Positions 6,583 through 13,476 of a stretch of 13,476 bases of DNA are shown one piece after another. Positions within the stretch are counted from its first letter, which is position 1; every line of letters begins with the position of its first letter. The DNA comes from an uncultured Verrucomicrobiae bacterium (GTDB lineage Bacteria; Verrucomicrobiota; Verrucomicrobiia; Limisphaerales; JAFGQR01). The stretch spans positions 1-13,476 of the forward strand of contig CAWBHS010000020.1 in assembly GCA_963788655.1 (NCBI GenBank). Direction: 5' to 3'. The translations under genes were made by a program, and so were the position numbers. Below the pieces are notes generated by a model. It was not told the DNA's origin. It did no database searches and saw only the letters and a list, made by a program, of their open reading frames with translations.

Positions 6583-7731
6583 ATGAAACAACTCAACGTC
6601 GGACTCATTGGATGCGGCTTCATGGGCCGCGCACACTCGAACGCTCACCGCCGGGTCGGGAACTTCTTTGACCTCGAATACCAGCCAGTCCTCAAGACCA
6701 TCTGCGACTTCAACGAGGACCGCGCGAAAGCGCACGCCGCCAAGTGGGGCTTTGAATCGGTCGAAACCAACTGGAAGAAACTCATCGCCCGGAAGGACAT
6801 CGACCTGATCGATATCTGCCTGCCAAACAACGCGCATGCCGAAGTGGCGATTGCCGCCGCCAAGGCTGGCAAAATGATCATTTGCGAGAAGCCGCTGGCG
6901 CGGACCGGCAAGGAAGCCGTAGGCATGGTCAAGGCCGTTGAAAAGGCCAAAGTGCCCAACTTTGTCTCCTTCAATTACCGCCGCATTCCGGCCGTCTCGC
7001 TCGCCAAAATATTGATCGACGAAGGCCGGTTGGGACGCATTTTCCATTACCGGGCGAAATTTCTCCAGGACTGGACCATTTCCAAGGATGTGCCCCAGGG
7101 CGGCGACGCCCTCTGGCGCTTGGACGTGAAAGCTGCCGGCAGCGGCGTGACCGGCGACTTGCTGGCGCACTGCATCGACACGGCGATCTGGCTCAACGGC
7201 AGCATCGACAAGGTCAACGCCATGACCGAGACGTTCGTCAAGGAACGCACACACCAGCTCACCGGCAAAGTCCAAAAGGTGGGCATTGACGATGCCTGCG
7301 CCTTCCTCGCCCGCTTTGCCAATGGGTCGCTGGCCACCTTCGAATCCACCCGCTACGCCCGCGGCCACAAGGCGCTCTACACGTTCGAGATCAACGGCGA
7401 AAACGCCTCAATCGCCTGGGACCTGCACGACCTGCATCGCCTGGCCTATTTCGATCACCGGGACGAAGGCAAACTGCGCGGCTGGCGCTCGATCCACGTG
7501 ACGGATCACGGCGGCGAACATCCGTACATGGATAAATGGTGGGTGCCCGGACTGAACATTGGTTTCGAGCATTCGTTCGTTCATCAACTGGCCGATTTCC
7601 TCGACGGCCTGGCCAAAGGCAAACCCGCCAGCCCCACCTTCAAGGAAGGGCTGGAAACGCAATATATCTGTGACACCGTGCTCAAGTCGGCGAGAACCGG
7701 CAAGTGGGAGAAAGTGCCCAAGGTCAAGTAG
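6583..7731 (+). CDS. Gfo/Idh/MocA family NAD(P)-dependent oxidoreductase
   Basis: [11 protein letters not shown]ossmann motif, [27 protein letters not shown]. Probably co-transcribed with the isomerase. Confidence 0.95.
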   Translation: MKQLNVGLIGCGFMGRAHSNAHRRVGNFFDLEYQPVLKTICDFNEDRAKAHAAKWGFESVETNWKKLIARKDIDLIDICLPNNAHAEVAIAAAKAGKMIICEKPLARTGKEAVGMVKAVEKAKVPNFVSFNYRRIPAVSLAKILIDEGRLGRIFHYRAKFLQDWTISKDVPQGGDALWRLDVKAAGSGVTGDLLAHCIDTAIWLNGSIDKVNAMTETFVKERTHQLTGKVQKVGIDDACAFLARFANGSLATFESTRYARGHKALYTFEINGENASIAWDLHDLHRLAYFDHRDEGKLRGWRSIHVTDHGGEHPYMDKWWVPGLNIGFEHSFVHQLADFLDGLAKGKPASPTFKEGLETQYICDTVLKSARTGKWEKVPKVK

Positions 7732-7743
7732 CGGAAGATTGAC

Positions 7744-7787
7744 GAACCGGCGTTCCCGGCCGCGGACGCCGGTTCATTTTTCGTTTT
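7744..7787 (+). terminator. Rho-independent terminator
   Basis: GAACCGGCGT (7744-7753) / ACGCCGGTTC (7766-7775) perfect 10-bp stem followed by ATTTTTCGTTTT, 13 nt after the stop codon. Confidence 0.8.
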
Positions 7788-7801
7788 GAATGTCTTCCGG
7801 C

Positions 7802-7831
7802 TTGCCAACGTCCGACCTATCCGTTATTAAT
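7802..7831 (+). promoter_or_regulatory. Possible sigma-70 promoter for the cytochrome c gene
   Basis: TTGCCA (7802-7807), 17-nt spacer, TATTAA(T) in an AT-rich patch. The -10 match is imperfect. Confidence 0.35.
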
Positions 7832-7848
7832 TAACACTTAATCAGACT

Positions 7849-8250
7849 ATGAGAATATCAATGGTTATCCTGGGGGCCACTCTGGCCGGTTCGTTGCTGG
7901 CGCTGAATCTGTACGCCGCGGTGGACATTAGCAAACTGCCGCCGGCTTCTGAGAAAAAGGACCTGACGTACGACAAGGACATCAAGCCGATTTTTGCGAA
8001 GTCCTGTTTCAAGTGTCATGGGCCGGAAAAACAAAAAGGCAAAATGCGACTCGACAGCCTGTCCGCGGCCCTCAAAGGCGGCGAGGATGGCAAGGTGATT
8101 CAGCCGGGCCAGAGCGCCAAGAGTTCGCTGGTCATTGCGGTGGCACGACTGGACGAAGACGAAGCCATGCCGCCCGAAGGCAAAGCCGATCCGTTGACCA
8201 AGGCGCAGGTCGGGCTGATCCGCGCTTGGATTGACCAGGGCGCGAAATAG
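7849..8250 (+). CDS. Exported monoheme cytochrome c, Planctomycete cytochrome c (PSCyt1-like) domain
   Basis: Signal peptide. YDKDIKPIFAKSCFKCHG..KG.MRLDS..GG.DG..I.PG.S..S.L...MPP...L...IRAWIDQGA, with CxxCH and a distal Met. Confidence 0.92.
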   Translation: MRISMVILGATLAGSLLALNLYAAVDISKLPPASEKKDLTYDKDIKPIFAKSCFKCHGPEKQKGKMRLDSLSAALKGGEDGKVIQPGQSAKSSLVIAVARLDEDEAMPPEGKADPLTKAQVGLIRAWIDQGAK

Positions 8251-8374
8251 GCCATCGCAATTCTTCTCGCCATGGGAGCGCGGATGCTTTCATCCGCGCG
8301 AACCGTGGGCGCAAAACGGGCGGGCGGGGAAGGGCTTCGGAGTTTAGAGCAAGTTTTAAGACTCCAGTCATCTC

Positions 8375-8460
8375 GTAGCAGCCGACGTGAGGAGGCTCAA
8401 GTTCCTTCTAAAGACAGAACCGCCATCGATAAGAATGAGCCTCCTCACGTCGGCTGCTAC
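8375..8460. repeat. GTAG-type REP doublet (REPIN-like inverted repeat) between convergent genes
   Basis: Perfect 25-bp inverted repeat GTAGCAGCCGACGTGAGGAGGCTCA (8375-8399) / TGAGCCTCCTCACGTCGGCTGCTAC (8436-8460) with a 36-nt spacer. Confidence 0.88.
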
Positions 8461-8507
8461 TATTTTTCAAATTGGGGCGGTGGAGCCGCTCGCCGAAAAG
8501 ACTGCCG

Positions 8508-8933
8508 TTACTGGCGTTTTTCGTCGGCGTCGATCAAATCGACGAACGTCTGAATATCGTTGCGATGACCCAACCCGGCCTGCTGGATCCGCGTCCGCAG
8601 ACGTTCCTGGGCGGCGGCATCATCCGGGCGCGGATAACTCAACATGTCCTGGCGATGGGCTTCTTTTTCCACCTCGCTCTTGGGCGCATGAACGCGCACC
8701 CAGTCGCAAACTTGGCCGTCCGTGAGGGATCGTTTTACGACATCAATCATCGCTTCATGCGTCACGCCGGCGTGCTTGAGCCACAAGCCGTCGAAACCTT
8801 TGCCAAAATTGGGCTGGTAGTCCGGGTGCAGGTTGCCGGCCAAGTGCAGCCGGATTTTGTCGATATAGCGCGGCAGGTGCATCCACCCGTTCATGGTTTC
8901 CCGGGGACTGCGAGGATAAATGGTTTCGATCAT
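8508..8933 (-). CDS. DUF5069 domain-containing protein
   Basis: PRSPRETMNGWMHLPRYIDKIRL...L..DY..NFGKGFDG.....GV...D..V..W...TFVDLIDADEKR. ATG at 8933 is preferred over 8990. Confidence 0.85.
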   Translation of the reverse strand: MIETIYPRSPRETMNGWMHLPRYIDKIRLHLAGNLHPDYQPNFGKGFDGLWLKHAGVTHEAMIDVVKRSLTDGQVCDWVRVHAPKSEVEKEAHRQDMLSYPRPDDAAAQERLRTRIQQAGLGHRNDIQTFVDLIDADEKRQ

Positions 8934-9078
8934 GGGCGAATCATCAAATACCGGCTGCGGAACAGCAATGGCAAATTGACAGATCGCCATGGATCTTAAT
9001 CCAGAAGTGAGTCAAATCACTGGACAACCCACGGCTAAACCTCGAATAGCTTCCGCGTATGGGCAGTCCATTGATGGG

Positions 9079-10354
9079 ATGAAACCTTGTTACATTATCG
9101 CGGGCTGGCTGCTGGGAATTGGAGCCGTGGGTGCGGCCCAGCCCCAAACCTTTGGGGCGCCCGCGCCCTTGCCGCAATGGAAACACCTCTACCAGCGCCA
9201 CCGGCGACCTGCCGGTGCCGGGCGAGTCTCATCAGCAGACCGCATGCGTGGTGTTCGACGCGGACCGGGACGGGGTGAACGATTTCGTGATCGGCTTCCG
9301 GCAGAAGGCGCCGGCGCTGGTTTGGTATCGGCATACGGCTCGCGGGTGGGATCGCTATGTCATCGAGTCCGCCTACCTGACCATCGAGGCCGGCGGCGCG
9401 GTGGCCGATATTGATGGCGACGGCGATCTCGATCTGGTGCTCGGCGGCGATTGGCAGAGCAAGGATGTCTGGTGGTGGGAGAATCCCTATCCACACTTCG
9501 ATCCGAAGCAGTCGTGGAAACGTCGCGTGATCAAAACCGGCGGCGCCACCCAGCACCACGATCAGGTTTTCGGCGATTTCAAAGGTAACGGCAAACTGCA
9601 ACTCGCGTTCTGGAACCAGGGAGCCAAGAAGATTTTCCTCGCCGACATTCCGCCGAACCCGCGCGACGCCAAGTCGTGGCCCATGACCGCGATTTTCTCC
9701 GGCGGCGTGGGCGGCAAGCTGCCTTATGCCGAAGGCATGTCGGCGTTTGATATCGATGGTGACGGCATGGTGGATTTGCTGGCGGGCAATTATTGGTTCA
9801 AGCACGTCAACGGCAACCAGTTCAAAGCGATCCCGATCGGCAGTCCCGGCGGGCTGATTTTCGCGGGCCAATTGATCGAAGGTGGGCGGCCGGAGGTCGT
9901 GATTTCACCCGGCGATGGCGTGGGTCCGCTCAAATGGTACGCGTGCCAAGGGGATCCGCAGAACCCGCGGGCGTGGGTGGGTCACGCACTGGTTGACCGC
10001 GACCTGATTCACGGTCACAGCCTCCAACTCGCGGACCTCGACCGCGATGGGCACCTCGACATCTTTTGCGCCGAGATGGGCAAGTGGCACGAGAACCAAC
10101 CGCAGCCGGACAATCCGAAGGCCAAAGCGTGGATGTTCTTTGGCGAAGGCGAGGGGCATTTCCGCCAAACCGAATTCAGCACGGGCATTGGTTTCCACGA
10201 GGCGCGGGTCGTCGATCTGAATGGCGATGGCAAGCCGGACCTGCTCGACAAGCCCTACAACTGGGAAACACCGCGCGTGGATGTGTGGCTCCAAAAAGGC
10301 CCGGCCTCAAACGCGTCTTCAGCGGGCGACAATGCTTTGCCCGACGCGAAATAG
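9079..10354 (+). CDS. Secreted FG-GAP/VCBS repeat (beta-propeller) protein with a +1 frameshift near 9191
   Basis: Signal peptide MKPCYIIAGWLLGIGAVGAA...WKHL lies in one frame and the body in the next. Six DxDxDGxxD-like repeats: DADRDGVND, DIDGDGDLD, DFKGNGKLQ, DIDGDGMVD, DLDRDGHLD, DLNGDGKPD. Confidence 0.85.
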
Positions 10355-10377
10355 CAGGCACACCGGGAAACGCCGTT

Positions 10378-13173
10378 CTATTGCGATGACGAATCGGGCG
10401 ACGGCAGTGCCAGGCGCATTCGCCAAAAGCGGGACTGGCTGTTCTCCGTGACGGAGCCCAACGGGTAATGGAGGGTTTCATGCGGCGCATTCCGCGTGAT
10501 GGTGGGCGCGGGCAGCGCCGGAGAAGGCAGCGCCCAATCGATCAAGTTTGTCGATGTCTCCAATGTCAGTTGGAGGGCCGCCGCAGTCTGGACTCGAGTC
10601 AGTTCAAGAGAGAAGCCGGCCCCATTCGGCTGGAGGACCAGGCAGGTGGTCGAGTTGCTTTGCCAGGGATCGGAACCACAGGAGCATTCCCAGAGATTGG
10701 TGATGCGGTCCTGATCGGGGTCCGCATTCGCGCCGCTGACGGTGGGATCGGCCAGTTGCGCTGCATTGAAATGCGCCAGGCGCCAGGCGTCAAATGCTTC
10801 GTCATGAATCACCGCGCGCGCCGCCGCGAGCGGGCCGACCGAGTAGGCGGCGTTCGTCAGCAGCGTCAGGCTCACCGTTTCGTCACCCTCGATTTCAGTG
10901 TCGAGCAACGGAGTGATGGTAAGATTGACGGCCGTCTGCCCCGCGGGAATGGTCAAGGTGCCGGTGGCGCCGGTGAAATCCGCGCCCGGAGTGGCGCTTC
11001 CGGAAATCGCATAGTCCACGGTCAAGTCTGCGGCGGTGTCCCCCGAACGGAAGAACGTGAACGTTGCGGGGTCGGGTCCATCCTCAGCGGCCACGCCATC
11101 CACGGCGAACATCTGAACCTCCGCCAGACCGCTGTCCGCCGGCAGCCAAAGCGCGGCATCAGCAATCACGTAACCGCTCGTGCCGGTAATTTTTGTGTCG
11201 GTGGTTTCGATCAGCAGGTCGCCATTCGTGCCGGCTTCGAAATCGAAACGGCCCAGGGGAAACCACGTGCTGCCGTTGACGGTTTGATCGATGGAGAACG
11301 TTTTCACCCCGCCATCATACTTCAACGTCACCGGTACATTGGTGGCCCGATTCGCATGCATGGTCCAACGCAGATAAACATCATACGGACCGGCTTGCGG
11401 CAAGTTGGGAGTCAACCGAACGTTGCTGAGCCCCTGGTTGGTATTCCCATCGTGCAAATAGTTGGCGCCGTGGAAACCCGCCACGGACATGCTGGGGCTC
11501 CAACCGCCAATCAGGACCACGCCGTTTGTATCTTCGCTGTCCACCACAATTCCGTTCGCCGGATCGATGGTGGAACTGCCCCACCGGAGCAATTGTCCTT
11601 CGGCGAGCAATTGCGCCTCCAGCAGGGAATACGGAACATTCTGAACGGCCACATCCCGGTCAATGGCCAACGCCGCCCCCGCCGCCGCGCTTTGGCTGGT
11701 GATCATAAAGACCGGTTCCATGCGGCAGGATCCAAAGCCCATGTGACTGGCGGACAGCGCGAACGTGACAAACAGGTTTTCGCACTCGCCCACCCGCGGC
11801 ACCATCGAACGATACGAGATCGGATACGGCGCCGGCACGCCCACCTGCACGTCGCCTTCGTTGCGGACGTAGCCGTTTTGCACGACGCGTTGGCAGTTGT
11901 GGGAGTCCATCGTGTAGGAGGCCAGGCCGACCGAATCGTTCGCGAAGCGCAGGCCCTGACAATTCTGCTGGAGCATCACGTAATCCGACACCATGCGCCG
12001 GGCCTCGCGCACATACAGTTGGTGCGGCCAGTTGCCGGTGTCCTGAAATTCATCGCGGCACAGGCCCCAGGAATTCATTTCGTTGCGCACGTTCGCCGGC
12101 ACGCGCGGGTCCGTCGCCAGGAAGTACAACAGGCCTCGGGTGTAGTTTTCGTGGTCACGGCACATCTGGTCGCGGGCGGCCCACGTATTGGTGGCGTAAG
12201 TGTAATTCATCCCGATGAAATCGGTCGAAAACGCGCCATTGTTGTTGATGTCGGTCTTCCCGTTGGGCAACGAATCGATTTTGAGAAAGTTGCGCAAAGT
12301 CAGGTTCTGACCGGCCGCCACGCGCGCCTGGAAATAGCGACCAAGCAACTCGTAATTGGACGCCTGATAGCCTGGCGGCGCCGTGAGGGGCATCCGGTTC
12401 GTGGCCACCTGGGTTAGGCACAGCCGGTAATTGTAGGTCTGCAATCGCTGGTCCCCGTCGCCGGGCGTGCCGCCGTCGCCAGCCGCAATGTATGGCAACA
12501 AGCCGCTGTTTGAATCGCCGGGCACCACATACGGATCGACGTTGACGGCAAACTGATGCTGCGGCGTGCTCGCCCGAATGCCATTGAGTGATTCGCCGTA
12601 CGTGTTCGTGCCTTCGCGGCCAAAGGTAAAACTCACCCCCGCCGCCGCCATCAAGTCGCCTTCGTACGTCGTATCGATGAACATGCGGGCGCGGAACACG
12701 TCGCCGTTTTCAGTGATGATTTCGCTCAGGCGCTGGTCGTTCATGGTCACCGAGGCGAGACGATGCCCGAAATAGACCGGCACGCCAGCGTCGTAAAGCC
12801 AGTTGCTGAACGACTGCTCCGCCACGTGCGGTTCGAAAGTAAACGACTCCGCCTGCCCGTAATGTTGCCCCATTCGCCGGTAAAACTCCCGCGACAATCC
12901 GCCAATCGCTCCTTTGTTCCCATAGTCTGTCCAACCCAGGCCACCCGAGGTCATCCCGCCGAGATGGTTGTTCTGGGAAATGAGCACCACCGACTTCCCC
13001 AGGCGCGCGGCCTCGATGGCGGCCGTGACGCCACCGGAGGTGCCGCCGTAAACGCAGACGTTGGTATCTACCAACTCGGCAGCGGGCAGATTACTCACGG
13101 TTAGCGCCGCAAAGATCAGGAAGAGCCAGAGCAGCTTGCAGGAATGGAGTTTAGTCATGCAGTTCATGGGCAA
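10378..13173 (-). CDS. Secreted FAD-dependent oxidoreductase (FAD_oxidored family, often labelled xanthan lyase) with golvesin/xanthan-lyase CBD-like domain, Calx-beta domain and C-terminal surface module
   Basis: Signal peptide. VCVYGGTSGGVTAA, GGMTSGGLG, FEPHVAE, FIDTTYEGDLMAAAGV, YVREARRM, YPISYRSMVP, RMEPVFM. Then IVVD...W...Y.HDGN...ANRATNVPV...GYVIADA. Then Calx-beta AED...R.GDT...L.V.Y...G.A..G.DF. The true start may be 13167 or 13158. Confidence 0.93.
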   Translation of the reverse strand: MPMNCMTKLHSCKLLWLFLIFAALTVSNLPAAELVDTNVCVYGGTSGGVTAAIEAARLGKSVVLISQNNHLGGMTSGGLGWTDYGNKGAIGGLSREFYRRMGQHYGQAESFTFEPHVAEQSFSNWLYDAGVPVYFGHRLASVTMNDQRLSEIITENGDVFRARMFIDTTYEGDLMAAAGVSFTFGREGTNTYGESLNGIRASTPQHQFAVNVDPYVVPGDSNSGLLPYIAAGDGGTPGDGDQRLQTYNYRLCLTQVATNRMPLTAPPGYQASNYELLGRYFQARVAAGQNLTLRNFLKIDSLPNGKTDINNNGAFSTDFIGMNYTYATNTWAARDQMCRDHENYTRGLLYFLATDPRVPANVRNEMNSWGLCRDEFQDTGNWPHQLYVREARRMVSDYVMLQQNCQGLRFANDSVGLASYTMDSHNCQRVVQNGYVRNEGDVQVGVPAPYPISYRSMVPRVGECENLFVTFALSASHMGFGSCRMEPVFMITSQSAAAGAALAIDRDVAVQNVPYSLLEAQLLAEGQLLRWGSSTIDPANGIVVDSEDTNGVVLIGGWSPSMSVAGFHGANYLHDGNTNQGLSNVRLTPNLPQAGPYDVYLRWTMHANRATNVPVTLKYDGGVKTFSIDQTVNGSTWFPLGRFDFEAGTNGDLLIETTDTKITGTSGYVIADAALWLPADSGLAEVQMFAVDGVAAEDGPDPATFTFFRSGDTAADLTVDYAISGSATPGADFTGATGTLTIPAGQTAVNLTITPLLDTEIEGDETVSLTLLTNAAYSVGPLAAARAVIHDEAFDAWRLAHFNAAQLADPTVSGANADPDQDRITNLWECSCGSDPWQSNSTTCLVLQPNGAGFSLELTRVQTAAALQLTLETSTNLIDWALPSPALPAPTITRNAPHETLHYPLGSVTENSQSRFWRMRLALPSPDSSSQ

Positions 13174-13190
13174 ATCAGGTCAGGCTTTAC

Positions 13191-13438
13191 CAACGTGCTG
13201 CCGGCGTCCCGCCGGCAGAAACGAACACAAGAAGGCTGGCCGAAGATTGAAGGTGGGTTGGTGTTCGGAACCACCGTTCCAAATTCTGCCGGCAGGATGC
13301 CGGCAGCACGCTCCAACAACGTGCTGCCGGCGTCTCGCCGGCAGAAACGAACGCGGGAAGGCTGGACATAGGTGGAAGTGGGGTCGGCATTCGGAACCAC
13401 CGTTCCAAATTCTGCCGGCAAGATGCCGGCAGCACGCT
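13191..13438. repeat. Two tandem 126-bp units, each a REP-like inverted doublet
   Basis: Units start at 13191 and 13317. Unit 1 arms CGTGCTGCCGGCGTCCCGCCGGCAGAA (13194-13220) and TTCTGCCGGCAGGATGCCGGCAGCACG (13284-13310) are complementary at 25/27. Each arm is itself a CTGCCGGC-N5-GCCGGCAG hairpin. Both spacers share TTCGGAACCACCGTTCCAAA. Confidence 0.9.
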
Positions 13439-13476
13439 GGGGGACAGCAGATTCGACCCGGCACCCTTAGCAAGGG

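Noticed and set aside
5766..7368. Minus-strand ORFs 5766..6575 and 6568..7368
   Set aside because: Antisense shadows of the isomerase and oxidoreductase genes.
8472..9871. ORFs 8472..8999 (+) and 9095..9871 (-)
   Set aside because: Antisense to the DUF5069 and FG-GAP genes respectively.
10468..12417. 649-aa plus-strand ORF
   Set aside because: Antisense to the well-supported FAD oxidoreductase; Arg/Gly/His-rich with no motifs.
13191..13438. CRISPR array or small repeat-protein genes
   Set aside because: Arms alternate in orientation, the spacers are homologous to each other and there are no cas genes; the ORFs are by-products of the repeat.

Overview
GC-rich bacterial DNA, most likely Verrucomicrobiota/PVC (PSCyt-type cytochrome, DUF5069, Calx-beta and FG-GAP surface proteins, GTAG-type REP doublets; taxonomy is inferred). 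Positions ~1240-3740 are a compacted, heavily decayed mobile-element patchwork, mostly invisible in the ORF track. It holds an ISAs1-like transposase scrap fused to a frameshifted type IV coupling protein (VirD4/TraD-like) pseudogene, an intact divergent sigma-70/ECF-like ORF, an IS1595-like N-terminal scrap abutting a tyrosine-recombinase-like ORF that lacks its catalytic C-terminus, and a junction onto the orphaned 3' tail of a mandelate-racemase-family gene. The rest is ordinary chromosome: tig, a sugar isomerase plus Gfo/Idh/MocA operon, a small cytochrome c, DUF5069, a frameshifted FG-GAP protein, a secreted multidomain FAD oxidoreductase and two families of REP-like palindromic repeats. 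All family calls come from manual translation and motif recall; no searches were run.
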